64,000 bases of DNA from Candidatus Parcubacteria bacterium (GTDB taxonomy: Bacteria > Patescibacteriota > Minisyncoccia > Phycocordibacterales > JAACPR01). The notes under the pieces are model-generated. The model was not told the origin of the DNA and searched no databases. It was given only the letters and a program-made list of their open reading frames with translations. Each line of letters opens with the position of its first letter. Position 1 is the first letter of the stretch. The translations under genes and the position numbers were made by a program. Location: contig JBDLUA010000007.1 in the NCBI GenBank assembly GCA_039805545.1, forward strand, positions 1,252 to 65,251. The letters run 5' to 3'. Below are positions 1 through 9,745 of this stretch, piece by piece.

Positions 1-1605
1 CATGAAGAAGAGGCAAAGTTTAGTAAAATGCTCGCAACAATTCAAACTGATGTTCCCGTTGAGTTTGATTTAGAAAAAAGTTGGAAAGAGGGTGTTGATG
101 TTGCACGGGTTCAAAAATTGTTTGCAGACCTTGAATTTAGAAGTTTACAAAACAAAGTAAAAGAAATTTTTGGTGGAGATGAAGAGGAAGTTATTCATGA
201 AGAAATAGATCAAAATGTGTTAGAAGAAGCGTCTGTCGCACTTTGGGTTCTCAGGTCTTCACTTACAAATCCTACATATCAAGACATTCTTTCTTTTACA
301 AAAAAGAATACTCTTAAAGACGCATACGAATATATTTTGGAAAGATTAAAGCAAGAAGGTTCAGAAAAGGTATTTTTTGAAATAGAAAAACCTCTCATTC
401 CAATTACAAAAGAAATGTCTGCAAACGGGATAATGCTTGATATTGATTTACTTGAAGAAATTTCAAAAGAATATCATGCAAAAGTTGAAGAAATTTCAAA
501 AAAGATTTTTGAATATGCCGGAGAAGAATTTAATATAAGTTCTCCAAAACAAATGGCAGATATTCTCTTTAATAAAATGAACCTTTCATACAAAGGAATG
601 AGAAAAGGGAAGAGTGGATCTTTTTCTACAAAAGAAGAAGTCCTTCAAAAACTTTTTGACGAGCACCCAATTATCGAAGAGATTTTGAAATATCGAGAAC
701 TTACAAAACTACTTGGAACATACATCGACACTTTCCCAGCAATGATTGGGCTCGATGGACGACTTCGAACAACATTCCTTCAGGCAGGATCAGCAACAGG
801 AAGAATGGCTTCACAAGAACCTGGTCTACAAAACATTCCTGTTAAGAGCGAATTAGGAAGAAGAATTCGAGATGCCTTTGTAGTAAAAAGTAGGTGTAAG
901 TTTGTGTCAGTTGATTATTCACAAATTGAACTTCGACTTGCTGCAATGATGTCTGGAGACGAAAAACTTATTGAAATCTTTAAGAACGGAGAAGATGTTC
1001 ATTCTGGGGTTGCATCATACATGTTTGGAATTCCACAAGATCAAATAACCAAAGAACAACGAAACAAGGCGAAAGTAATTAACTTTGGAATTTTATATGG
1101 AATGGGTGTGAGTGCACTTCAAAAGAATTTGAAGGTTGATAGAAAAGAAGCACAAGAATTTTATAATACATATTTTGAAAAATTTTCCGGACTTGCTCAA
1201 TATCTTGAAGATACAAAAGAGTTTGCAAAGCGAACAGGATATACAAAAACAATGTATGGAAGAAAAAGATTCTTTGATGGAATTCAATCCAAACTTCCAT
1301 TCATAAGAGCACAAGCAGAACGAATGGCAATCAATGCTCCGATTCAGGGAACCGAGGCTGACATTGTAAAACTTGCAATGATTAAAGTTGATGAATTTTT
1401 GACAAAAGAAAAAATGAAAGACAAGATTAAGCTTGTTCTTCAAATTCATGATGAAATTATTTTTGAAGTAGAGGATGAATGTGTTGAATTTGCCCAAACA
1501 CACATTCCTAAAATTATGGAAAAAATTATGGACGATATGGATACGAAAGGGGTTCCGGTTTTGACTGATTGTGAAGTTGGTGTATCTTGGGGAAAGTTAA
1601 AATAG
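1..1605 (+). CDS. polA: DNA polymerase I, 5' partial (gene begins before the window)
   Basis: Family A motifs DYSQIELR, KVINFGILYG, QIHDE; frame open from position 1. Confidence 0.95.
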   Translation, partial: HEEEAKFSKMLATIQTDVPVEFDLEKSWKEGVDVARVQKLFADLEFRSLQNKVKEIFGGDEEEVIHEEIDQNVLEEASVALWVLRSSLTNPTYQDILSFTKKNTLKDAYEYILERLKQEGSEKVFFEIEKPLIPITKEMSANGIMLDIDLLEEISKEYHAKVEEISKKIFEYAGEEFNISSPKQMADILFNKMNLSYKGMRKGKSGSFSTKEEVLQKLFDEHPIIEEILKYRELTKLLGTYIDTFPAMIGLDGRLRTTFLQAGSATGRMASQEPGLQNIPVKSELGRRIRDAFVVKSRCKFVSVDYSQIELRLAAMMSGDEKLIEIFKNGEDVHSGVASYMFGIPQDQITKEQRNKAKVINFGILYGMGVSALQKNLKVDRKEAQEFYNTYFEKFSGLAQYLEDTKEFAKRTGYTKTMYGRKRFFDGIQSKLPFIRAQAERMAINAPIQGTEADIVKLAMIKVDEFLTKEKMKDKIKLVLQIHDEIIFEVEDECVEFAQTHIPKIMEKIMDDMDTKGVPVLTDCEVGVSWGKLK

Positions 1606-1606
1606 T

Positions 1607-2317
1607 ATGTTGTATCTTTTTTACGGAACAGACAAAAACAAAGCGCTTGAGAGTGCTTTGAATGTTATTAAAAAGAAGGTTGCAGAAAAACCTGATGCGG
1701 TTGTTTTTAAAATTGATCAGACAAATCTTTCTCAAAATGTATTGGTTGAAATGTGTGGAGGGCGAGGACTGTTTGAACAAAAATATCTGGTGCATGTCAA
1801 AGATGTTTGTGATGAAGTTGAATCTCAAGAAATACTCTTTGCTTTTTTGAAAGACATGCAAGCATCAGATAATGTATTCATTTTAACTGAGGGTGATTTG
1901 AATAAAAAAGAATTAACAAAGATTGAGAAGTGTGCAGAGAAGGTGTGGAATTATGAGGAGAAAAAAAAGATAGAGAGTAAGGAAAATATTTTTACAATTA
2001 CTAACTACCTTCTTGCTCGAGATAAAAAGAATCTTTGGATTGAATTTCAGAAATTAAAAAACAGTTTTGCAGTTGAGGAGATACACGGAACATTGTTTTG
2101 GTGTTTCAAAAATATTGTACTTGTAGCAAATTCAAAATCTGCTTCAGAGACAGGGCTCAAACCTTTTGTCTATTCAAATACCAAGAAGGCTCTCGAAAAA
2201 TATTCTAAAGAAGAAATTGAAAATAAATTTTGGCAGCTTACAAAAATTCTTGGAGATTCGCGGAGGGGAGAGGGGGAACTGGAGGTGTTGCTTGAAGGGT
2301 GGGTGTTGGGGTTATAA
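1607..2317 (+). CDS. holA: DNA polymerase III delta subunit-like protein (short form)
   Basis: MLYLFYG N-terminus, LFEQK motif, ENIF...LLARD collar region; coupled to polA. Confidence 0.65.
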   Translation: MLYLFYGTDKNKALESALNVIKKKVAEKPDAVVFKIDQTNLSQNVLVEMCGGRGLFEQKYLVHVKDVCDEVESQEILFAFLKDMQASDNVFILTEGDLNKKELTKIEKCAEKVWNYEEKKKIESKENIFTITNYLLARDKKNLWIEFQKLKNSFAVEEIHGTLFWCFKNIVLVANSKSASETGLKPFVYSNTKKALEKYSKEEIENKFWQLTKILGDSRRGEGELEVLLEGWVLGL

Positions 2318-2322
2318 AAAAT

Positions 2323-2359
2323 AAAATCGGTCTGGTCAATTTTGACCAGACCGATTTTA
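2323..2359. terminator. Bidirectional hairpin terminator between holA and tRNA-Lys
   Basis: AAAATCGGTCTGGTCAA / TTGACCAGACCGATTTT inverted repeat. Confidence 0.7.
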
Positions 2360-2365
2360 TGTATG

Positions 2366-2438
2366 TGCGCCAGGAAGGACTCGAACCTTCGACCCTCTGC
2401 TTAAAAGGCAGGTGCTCTACCACCTGAGCTACTGGCGC
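2366..2438 (-). tRNA. tRNA-Lys(TTT)
   Basis: Cloverleaf GCGCCAG..CTGGCGC, anticodon loop CTTTTAA, T-arm GTTCGAGTC; no CCA. Confidence 0.95.
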
Positions 2439-2481
2439 ATGTAAACATATTTTTATCACGATTAAGAGATTATTTCAAGTT

Positions 2482-2518
2482 TGACGTGGTTTAACCCCGG
2501 CGGGTTTAAACCTCGTCA
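2482..2518. repeat. GGTTTAACCCC palindromic repeat, copy 1
   Basis: Near-identical to 29822-29854 and related to 62178-62223. Confidence 0.8.
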
Positions 2519-2555
2519 TTTTCTTTATAAAGAATTTAGGTTAGTATCCAAGATA

Positions 2556-3044
2556 ATGAAATCAGATGAAACTAAAAAAGAGGTAGTGGTTGCGCTCGAC
2601 AATGTTCGGAGTGTTCATAATGTTGGAGCGATATTTCGAACATCAGATGCTCTTGGTATAGATAAAATTTTTCTTTGTGGAATTACTCCAACACCCATTG
2701 ACCGGTTTGGAAGAGAACGAAGTGATTTGCACAAGAGTGCACTTGGAGCAGAAAAGTCTGTTTCATGGGAACATCACTCTTCTACACTTTTGTGTGTTGA
2801 ACAATTAAAAAAAGAAGGTTACACAGTTGTCTGTATAGAACAATCAAAAAACTCTGTTGATTACAAAACTGTTACTCTAAAAAATAAAACATGTTTTGTG
2901 TTTGGAAATGAGATTGAGGGAATTTCAAAAGACATACTTGAACAGGCAGATCAAATCGCTGAGATACAAATGATGGGAGAGAAGGAGTCACTCAATGTGT
3001 CTGTGACTTTTGGAATAATGATGTTTCGGATGTTGGATAGGTAG
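2556..3044 (+). CDS. TrmH/SpoU family RNA methyltransferase
   Basis: LDNVRSVHNVGAIFRT, VFGNEIEGI, ESLNVSV SPOUT motifs; start moved to ATG 2556. Confidence 0.9.
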   Translation: MKSDETKKEVVVALDNVRSVHNVGAIFRTSDALGIDKIFLCGITPTPIDRFGRERSDLHKSALGAEKSVSWEHHSSTLLCVEQLKKEGYTVVCIEQSKNSVDYKTVTLKNKTCFVFGNEIEGISKDILEQADQIAEIQMMGEKESLNVSVTFGIMMFRMLDR

Positions 3045-3060
3045 TGTTACTAGTTCATTA

Positions 3061-3190
3061 TTAGCACGTCATCCTCGTGTATACGAGGATCCAGGATCAC
3101 TGTAAGTGGCAGTAAGATACTATCTAAACCATTTCTTTATATATTTTATTTCGTACCTGGATCCCCGCCTCCGCGGGGATGACGTACTAA
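3061..3190. repeat. REP-like inverted doublet (CGTCATCCTCGCGAAGGCGAGGATCCAG family), copy A
   Basis: Two inverted palindromic units at 3061-3095 and 3156-3190; family recurs at five loci. Confidence 0.9.
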
Positions 3191-3212
3191 TAGTATGTTT
3201 CGAAATAGTAAA

Positions 3213-4118
3213 CTATTTCTGGCATACATTACAGTAATGAGCACCTCTCGCATTAAGAATAGTTCGTTGAATTGTTCCATTACAACCCTTTCTTTTGCAT
3301 TTCTGATTAGTTCGTCTATATACATTGTGGTGAAGTTGAAACTCTCCTGGTAGTCCGTCTGGGTTTCGGTAATCAGACATAGAATCACCTCCAAAATTAA
3401 TTCCTTTCGACAAGAGTTCCTTTGTGTGTTTTGTGAGAAGTCTGTATTCGCCATCAGTGATTGACCCAACAAGTCGAAGAGGATTAATTTTTGATGTCCA
3501 GAGTATTTCGTCAGAGTAGATGTTTCCAATTCCGACAACCAGATTTTGATTCATGAGAATCGTTTTTATTTTTTGTTTTGGATATTTTGATAAACAAATT
3601 TTATATGTTTTCCAATCAAAACTTTTTTCGAGTGGTTCCACTCCAAACGAACTAAGTTTATTTTTTAATATGCTTTCATTTTGAAAAAGAGAGACTGTCG
3701 CAAACTTTCTCATATCAGACATTGCAAGATGTGTTCCATCAGAGAAGGTGAGTACAAAGTGAATAAATTGATTAAAGGTGTCTTGGAGTGGACCTAGTTC
3801 GTTCGCCTTCCAAATATTTTTGTTTTTGTTGTGTACATATGTTCCACAAAGAAGGTGTCCTGTCATCTTCATGTGAATTAAAATTATCTTTCCAGATGAG
3901 AGATAGATTAAAATATTTTTTGCTCGACGAACTACTTTGAGAATTTTGTTTCCTATAATTTCTTTTTTAAATTTTTTAAAATAAGAAATGTCTTTTATGT
4001 TTTCTTTACCGACATAGTGAGGACTATCGTAATCGCTCCAAATATCTTTTATCGTTTTGTTACGAATTTTTTTGTGTAACATCGTTACTGTTGTGTGGAC
4101 TTCTGGTAGTTCGGGCAT
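3213..4118 (-). CDS. mutM: Formamidopyrimidine-DNA glycosylase
   Basis: N-terminal PELPEV, HMKMTG, GIGNIYSDE, C-terminal zinc finger. Confidence 0.95.
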   Translation of the reverse strand: MPELPEVHTTVTMLHKKIRNKTIKDIWSDYDSPHYVGKENIKDISYFKKFKKEIIGNKILKVVRRAKNILIYLSSGKIILIHMKMTGHLLCGTYVHNKNKNIWKANELGPLQDTFNQFIHFVLTFSDGTHLAMSDMRKFATVSLFQNESILKNKLSSFGVEPLEKSFDWKTYKICLSKYPKQKIKTILMNQNLVVGIGNIYSDEILWTSKINPLRLVGSITDGEYRLLTKHTKELLSKGINFGGDSMSDYRNPDGLPGEFQLHHNVYRRTNQKCKRKGCNGTIQRTILNARGAHYCNVCQK

Positions 4119-4140
4119 AATGTTGTGATATTATATTTTT

Positions 4141-5250
4141 GTGAAACAAAATGCAAAGACTATATTTTTTTTAGGTTTACTTTCTATCATCATTGTTGTT
4201 TGTTTTCCTGTAATCAAAACACAAAAAACAGGAGGTGAAGCTGCGGTACGAGAATTTGCCTCTCTCACTAATATTTTAGAAAAAAGAAAAAATTATTTTA
4301 ATATTCCTCAAGATCGCACAGCAGATCGTCTGGTAAACATTTTGATTGTTCCGGGGCATGATGACGAACATTGGGGTGCACAGTTTAAAAAAACAAAAGA
4401 GGTTGAACTCAACCGGATTGTTGCACAAAAACTGTTTGACTATCTTTCGCGTGAAGAGGGAATCAACCCTGTCTTAGCAAGTGATACTAAGGGATATAAT
4501 CCAATTTTTGAAAATTACTTTAATCGAGAAAAAAGTGCTATTGAAGAATTCATTAAATCTTCAAAGGAGAATTTTTCAGAAAAAATTAACGAAGAAGATT
4601 TCAAAGATGTTGAAAAAAATTTTCATAATGTTGCCCCTGATGATGTTATCTATCGTCTATATGGAATCAATCAATGGGTCAATAATCAAAAATTTGATCT
4701 CGTTATTCATGTGCACTTTAATGATTACGCAGGAAGAAAATCTACTAAGGCAGGGAAGTATGATGGGTTTTCAATTTATACTCCTGGAAAACTTTTTTCA
4801 AATTATGATGTGAGCAGAAAATTGGCTGATAATGTTTTTAATGAATTAAAAAAAGTTCGACCTGTAAGCAGTCTGGAAGAGGAACAGATCGGAGTTATAG
4901 AAGACCATGAACTTATTGCACTTGGCGCAAATGAGAGTTTGGATGCGGGTTCAATTTTGATTGAGTACGGGTATATTTATGAACCTCTCTTTCTTGATAC
5001 GAAACTTCGAGACATTGCACTTGATTATTTTGCATACGCAACTTATTCAGGGATTAAAAAAATGTTAAACGAAAATCCTGCTTCTAAAGAAATTCAAAAT
5101 GTTCAAGTTTCAAAAAATAAAACCACTCAAGCAAATCTGATTTGGCAATTTAATCATGGACTTGAAGGGGCATATCCACCAAAAAATAAAACATTAAGAG
5201 ACTGTCCGATACTTGGGTATTTTGGAAAATGTAGTCAGATGGTTAAATAA
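4141..5250 (+). CDS. Membrane-anchored N-acetylmuramoyl-L-alanine amidase (Amidase_3-like)
   Basis: N-terminal TM; ILIVPGH, E-x-ELN, IHVHFN, ILIEYGY zinc motifs. Confidence 0.8.
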   Translation: MKQNAKTIFFLGLLSIIIVVCFPVIKTQKTGGEAAVREFASLTNILEKRKNYFNIPQDRTADRLVNILIVPGHDDEHWGAQFKKTKEVELNRIVAQKLFDYLSREEGINPVLASDTKGYNPIFENYFNREKSAIEEFIKSSKENFSEKINEEDFKDVEKNFHNVAPDDVIYRLYGINQWVNNQKFDLVIHVHFNDYAGRKSTKAGKYDGFSIYTPGKLFSNYDVSRKLADNVFNELKKVRPVSSLEEEQIGVIEDHELIALGANESLDAGSILIEYGYIYEPLFLDTKLRDIALDYFAYATYSGIKKMLNENPASKEIQNVQVSKNKTTQANLIWQFNHGLEGAYPPKNKTLRDCPILGYFGKCSQMVK

Positions 5251-5254
5251 AAAA

Positions 5255-5275
5255 GGCGGCCCCGCAGGGGCCGCC
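5255..5275. terminator. GC-rich hairpin terminator (GGCCCCGCAGGGGCC family)
   Basis: Between convergent genes, flanked by A and T tracts; identical to 51791-51811. Confidence 0.85.
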
Positions 5276-5284
5276 ATTTTTTAT

Positions 5285-6529
5285 TTATATTTCTTTTAAC
5301 ACCTCTTGCACCTTCTCAAAATCACTCCAAGGCTCTTTGGTTCCATTTGCTCGCATTATATACGGGTCGGTTCCTTTCCCTGTGATAAGAACTACATCCC
5401 CGGGTTTTGCTTTTTGAATCGCTTTTTTGATTGCAGATTTTCTGTCCATATCTATTTCTAATTTTGCAGGGTCGATAGAATTTTTCATCTCGTTTACAAT
5501 TTTGAGAGGATCTTCATCGTAAGGATCTTCATCTGTTAAAAATACAAAGTCACAATATTGATTTGCTATCTCTGCCATCTTTGGTCGTTTCCAAGTATCT
5601 CGTCCACCACCAGTATTCCCAAGCACACATATTTTTCTTTTGTCTTTGAATGCAGAGTAGATTGCTTCAAGAGAATCTGGTGTATGAGCATAATCAACCA
5701 CAATACTTATCCCAAGATTATTAGGAACAAACTGTGCCCGACCTTTTACTTCTTCAAGTCGTGCAACACCTGCAATGATTTTTGAGTCTTCTATGTCAAA
5801 ACATTTTGCTGCATGATATGCTCCAAGAATATTTCGGATGTTGAATTCCCCTACAAGAGGAGATGAAAATGTTGAATTATTGTATTCAAACACAATAGGG
5901 GATGTTTGAACTATGTGTGCGTTAGAAAGGGAGAAAGAAACAGTCTTTCTATTTTTATTTCTTAAGATAAATTCATTTGAGTATTCATTATCTTTGTTTG
6001 TCACAAGCACTCCGTTTTTCTTTTTTAAATTATCTACAATTTTAAGTTTTGCTTCTTTGTATTTTTCAAAAGAGCCATGAGATTCTATATGTTCTGGAGA
6101 AAGGTTTGTAAAAACAAGTGTGTCTAGATAAATAAATTTATGTCGGAATTGTTTTGAGCCTTCAGATGTAATCTCAAGAATAACAATGTCACATTTTGCT
6201 TTTACTGCATCATATATAAACTTCTGCATAAAGAATCTTCCAGGCATAGACATTTTGTACTTGTTTGGCCGTTCTTGATCGCCAATCTTAAATCTAATTG
6301 TTCCTGCCATAGCAGTTTTGTATCCCGCTGTTTCAAAAATTGAGTTCAAAATTTCTACAGTAGAAGATTTTCCTTTTGTTCCTGTTACTCCAATTATTTT
6401 AATTTTTCGAGCAGGGAAGCCATATCGAATTGCCCCTGTGAGAGTAAGTGTGTAGTGATATATTGGTTGTCCAAGTTTATAAATTTTCTTTGGGATTAAT
6501 TTTTCTATTGTTCGTAGTATTTTGTCCAT
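5285..6529 (-). CDS. murE: UDP-N-acetylmuramoyl-tripeptide synthetase (Mur ligase)
   Basis: GVTGTKGKSS, TNLSPEHIE, VDYAHTPD, GGGRD, LITGKG. Confidence 0.88.
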   Translation of the reverse strand: MDKILRTIEKLIPKKIYKLGQPIYHYTLTLTGAIRYGFPARKIKIIGVTGTKGKSSTVEILNSIFETAGYKTAMAGTIRFKIGDQERPNKYKMSMPGRFFMQKFIYDAVKAKCDIVILEITSEGSKQFRHKFIYLDTLVFTNLSPEHIESHGSFEKYKEAKLKIVDNLKKKNGVLVTNKDNEYSNEFILRNKNRKTVSFSLSNAHIVQTSPIVFEYNNSTFSSPLVGEFNIRNILGAYHAAKCFDIEDSKIIAGVARLEEVKGRAQFVPNNLGISIVVDYAHTPDSLEAIYSAFKDKRKICVLGNTGGGRDTWKRPKMAEIANQYCDFVFLTDEDPYDEDPLKIVNEMKNSIDPAKLEIDMDRKSAIKKAIQKAKPGDVVLITGKGTDPYIMRANGTKEPWSDFEKVQEVLKEI

Positions 6530-6571
6530 GTCTTTTTGTGTGTATTATCTTGGGTTTGACCAAGGATTTCG

Positions 6572-7129
6572 TTATCTTGCTAAAATTTTTAATGCTTCTT
6601 TGATAATTTCATTTGAATTAAGTTCGTGCGAAAGTCCTGTTATTGCATCTCGAGCATCTTTTTTGGAATAGCCGAGAGCAATAAGTGCCTCCAAGGCATC
6701 TTGTTTATCTGTATTTGATTCAGTTTGGATGTGCTCAACTTTATCTTTGAGCGCTACAATAATTTTTTCGGCAGTCTTTAGCCCAATTCCTGTGAGCTTT
6801 TTAAAGTATTCTGCATCTCGCGAACCGATTCCTTCGAGAATAGTTTTTGGATTAGAAGAGTTGAGTATTGAGATTGCTGATTTTGGACCCACTCCATTTA
6901 CTTGTAATAAGAGTTCAAAAATTTCTTTCTCATCTACATATAAGAATCCATATAGTGTATGTGAATTTTCTTTTATATCTAAATGGGTGAGGAGTGTAAT
7001 TTCTTGTCCATGTCTAAGTGTTGAACATGTATACTGTGTTGCAATCGCTTTATATACCACTCCTTGTACATCAAGAAGTACTCCATCAATAACTATCTCA
7101 TCTACTATACCTTTAATTTTGACTATCAT
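6572..7129 (-). CDS. ruvA: Holliday junction branch migration protein RuvA
   Basis: LYGF, VNGVGPKSA and GIGLKTAEKI HhH motifs, ALIALGY. Confidence 0.95.
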   Translation of the reverse strand: MIVKIKGIVDEIVIDGVLLDVQGVVYKAIATQYTCSTLRHGQEITLLTHLDIKENSHTLYGFLYVDEKEIFELLLQVNGVGPKSAISILNSSNPKTILEGIGSRDAEYFKKLTGIGLKTAEKIIVALKDKVEHIQTESNTDKQDALEALIALGYSKKDARDAITGLSHELNSNEIIKEALKILAR

Positions 7130-7220
7130 GTCTTATATACTACCAGACTTTTCTTTGAAATAAATTGGAACATAAGAGAGGGGTTGCTTTTTTATATAAA
7201 ACTGGTACATTATTGGAACT

Positions 7221-7490
7221 ATGCCAATTACAAAAGGAGCAAAAAAAGCATTACGAGCATCTGACCGAAAGGCAGTTTTCAATCTACGACGAAAGCGAGT
7301 TATGAAGTCAGAAGTTAAGAATATTCGAGATCTTATCAAAGAAGGTAAAGTAGAAGAGGCTAAGAAGTCACTTCCTGCTGCATACAAGTCTCTTGATAAG
7401 GCTGCAAAGATGAATACTATTACAAAGAATCACGCTTCTCGAAAAAAATCAAGACTCGCTCAAGCTATCAAAAAAGCTTCAACAAAATAA
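7221..7490 (+). CDS. rpsT: 30S ribosomal protein S20
   Basis: AKKALRAS, LDKAAK, NHASRKKSRL. Confidence 0.95.
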   Translation: MPITKGAKKALRASDRKAVFNLRRKRVMKSEVKNIRDLIKEGKVEEAKKSLPAAYKSLDKAAKMNTITKNHASRKKSRLAQAIKKASTK

Positions 7491-7532
7491 ATATAAAGAA
7501 AAAGGTCGCCCGAAGGGCGCCTTTTTCTTTTG

Positions 7533-7604
7533 TGCTCTCGCCAGGAATCGAACCTGGATTGTAAGTTCCGCAAACTTACGTTCTATCCATTAAACTACGA
7601 GGGC
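7533..7604 (-). tRNA. tRNA-Arg(GCG)
   Basis: GCCCTCG acceptor, anticodon arm TAAGT-TTGCGGA-ACTTA, GTTCGATT T-arm. Confidence 0.92.
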
Positions 7605-7685
7605 TTATTTGGCCATAATAAGAGATGTGTCCTTTAATTTCAAGATGGTATACAATTAATTTAATTACTAGTTAATCTAAAAGAT

Positions 7686-8117
7686 ATGTCATATGAAGAA
7701 GGAATTTGGGCGAGTTCTGATACAAGCCAGGAACATCAAGAATTTGTTTCAAATATTGAAACTTTGTTAACGCAAGAGGTGGACGAGGGGCGTCTTCCTG
7801 AAGATGCTGCCTTAAAAATTCTTCAACGAGCAGAGGTGTATGAAAGAAAATTTAATTCTAGTGCTGATGCACAAGAACGAGCAAAATATTTTTTTGAATT
7901 TGTTGTAACTCCTGTTATTTTTCATTTAGATAAAATTAAAGAAACTCAAGTAAGTATTGCTGAGATGCAAGGTCTTATTCAATTAGAGAGAGACGCGATT
8001 ACTCAAAGACTTGGCTCAGAAGGAAAATCACTTCTTGAAAACTTGGATGAAGTAGATAAGAGACTAGAAGATTGGGGTGGAGATTTATTGGATGAGTTGA
8101 ATCAAATTGTGGATTAA
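7686..8117 (+). CDS. Hypothetical acidic helical protein
   Basis: 143-aa ORF, no recognised motif. Confidence 0.6.
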   Translation: MSYEEGIWASSDTSQEHQEFVSNIETLLTQEVDEGRLPEDAALKILQRAEVYERKFNSSADAQERAKYFFEFVVTPVIFHLDKIKETQVSIAEMQGLIQLERDAITQRLGSEGKSLLENLDEVDKRLEDWGGDLLDELNQIVD

Positions 8118-8590
8118 AACCCAAAGTATTCCATCAATATTTGATGAAGAGGTTCTTGTAATTCTTCTTCGTCTAAATAATCAAGAAGAAAATCTCGTAT
8201 AAGTTCTGGGTCTGTTTGGGTACTGTCAAAAGGAATGACAATAAGAGGTGAAAGAGGTTTTCTTGATTTGAAAAGTATTTTATCGCTGTATTCTGTGTCT
8301 TCTACCCAAAAAGAATCAAGAAGTGAAAATGGGTAAAGGGTATTGCCTGCCCGTATGCCTTTTCTTGAAATCTCAAATACAAGCAGCTTAGGTTGTCTTG
8401 TTACAAATATAAAAGAAAGGGCTGTAAAAAGAATAATAATTATCGCAAACAAATAATTATGAAAAAAAACAGAAAGAACGACAGTACCAATTGCTATTAT
8501 TCCTACAATCCAAAACCAATCTATAGTTTTTTCTTGATGCACATGTTCATAGTGTTGCCAAGAAATTTTTTCTGGCCTAGATTTATTCAT
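8114..8590 (-). CDS. Hypothetical membrane protein (2 TM plus soluble domain)
   Basis: Two hydrophobic helices; start moved to ATG 8590. Confidence 0.7.
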   Translation of the reverse strand: MNKSRPEKISWQHYEHVHQEKTIDWFWIVGIIAIGTVVLSVFFHNYLFAIIIILFTALSFIFVTRQPKLLVFEISRKGIRAGNTLYPFSLLDSFWVEDTEYSDKILFKSRKPLSPLIVIPFDSTQTDPELIRDFLLDYLDEEELQEPLHQILMEYFGF

Positions 8591-8710
8591 AATGTAATTA
8601 TCATTCGAAAAAACCTTTTTGTCGAGTTGATTTATGGACATTTTTTAAATAAAAAATAATTGATTGCAAAAAAGCCTTTTTTTGTTATTATCTTTTTACT
8701 GCAACTAATT

Positions 8711-8797
8711 GGAGAGGTGGCAGAGTGGTTGAATGCACCGGTCTTGAAAACCGGAATATCCGAAAGGGTATCGAGGGTTCGAATCCCTCCCTCTCCG
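8711..8797 (+). tRNA. tRNA-Ser(TGA)
   Basis: CCGGT-CTTGAAA-ACCGG anticodon arm, long variable arm. Confidence 0.95.
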
Positions 8798-8944
8798 CAA
8801 AAAGAAAAACCGACATATGTCGGTTTTTCTTTTTTGCGGAGAGGAGCAAAGCAAAGCACCTTTCTTTCGTCCTATATAAGCCCTTTATAAACTTTTTCTA
8901 AAATCTTAATTTGCACCATCCTAACCTCTGCTATAATACTTTGT

Positions 8945-9349
8945 ATGGCACTCAAACATCTTGGAATAGACTTTGGTTCAAAACGAATAGGTCTTGCAAT
9001 CAGTGATGACAATGCGTCTGTTGCATTTCCTTATAAAACTGTACTCAACACACCTAAGGCGTTTGATGAAATTCTTGAAATTATAAATTTCGAACATATT
9101 GCAAAGGTAGTTCTCGGTGAATCGAAGGATAAAGATATGAAAGATAATCCAATTATGGAACTTGCACATGCCTTCAAAAAACAATTAGAGGAGAAAGGTG
9201 TTTCTGTTGAGTTGCATAATGAATTTTTTTCTTCTGCTCAAGTACTTTCTACTATGGGTCAAAAAAATGAATCAATTGATGCATCTGCCGCAGCAATTAT
9301 CTTACAGAGTTATCTGGATTTACAGAAAGCAATGGAATCGTTAGTATAG
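8945..9349 (+). CDS. ruvX: YqgF/RuvX family nuclease (pre-16S rRNA maturation)
   Basis: LGIDFGSKRIGLAISD, NEFFSS, IDASAAAIILQSYL. Confidence 0.9.
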   Translation: MALKHLGIDFGSKRIGLAISDDNASVAFPYKTVLNTPKAFDEILEIINFEHIAKVVLGESKDKDMKDNPIMELAHAFKKQLEEKGVSVELHNEFFSSAQVLSTMGQKNESIDASAAAIILQSYLDLQKAMESLV

Positions 9350-9353
9350 AGGC

Positions 9354-9701
9354 ATGTCAGAAACAGAAAACACAACATATATCGAATACGAAGATTTTAA
9401 AAAGGTACAAATTCAAGTAGGGGAGATTATAGGTGCAGAGCCTGTAGAGGGTTCAGAAAAACTTTTAAAACTAAAAGTAAAGTTTGGTGAAGAAGAACGG
9501 CAAATCCTTTCAGGAATTGCAAAATTTATCTCTCCTGAACAACTCGTTGGAATGAAGGTTCCTTTTGTAACCAACCTTAAACCACGAATGATGATGGGAC
9601 TTGAGAGTAATGGAATGATTCTTGCTGCAATTGATTCTGAACAAAATTTTTCACTCCTTGAAACTGATTCAAAAGTTGCATCTGGTACACATGTTTCTTA
9701 A
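9354..9701 (+). CDS. Stand-alone tRNA-binding OB-fold protein (MetRS C-terminal/Trbp111/CsaA-like)
   Basis: RQILSGI, NLKPRMMMGLESNGMILAA. Confidence 0.88.
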   Translation: MSETENTTYIEYEDFKKVQIQVGEIIGAEPVEGSEKLLKLKVKFGEEERQILSGIAKFISPEQLVGMKVPFVTNLKPRMMMGLESNGMILAAIDSEQNFSLLETDSKVASGTHVS

Positions 9702-9745
9702 TAAATAATTTTGTTACTCGAACACTCTCTTATATACTATAGGTA

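Noticed and set aside
2481-2555. Shared FNPGG.KPR peptide in the N-termini of ORFs at 2481 and 29807
   Set aside because: Translation of the upstream palindromic repeat; true starts are downstream
9354-9701. Split metG as a novelty
   Set aside because: Short MetRS with a free tRNA-binding OB protein is a common arrangement
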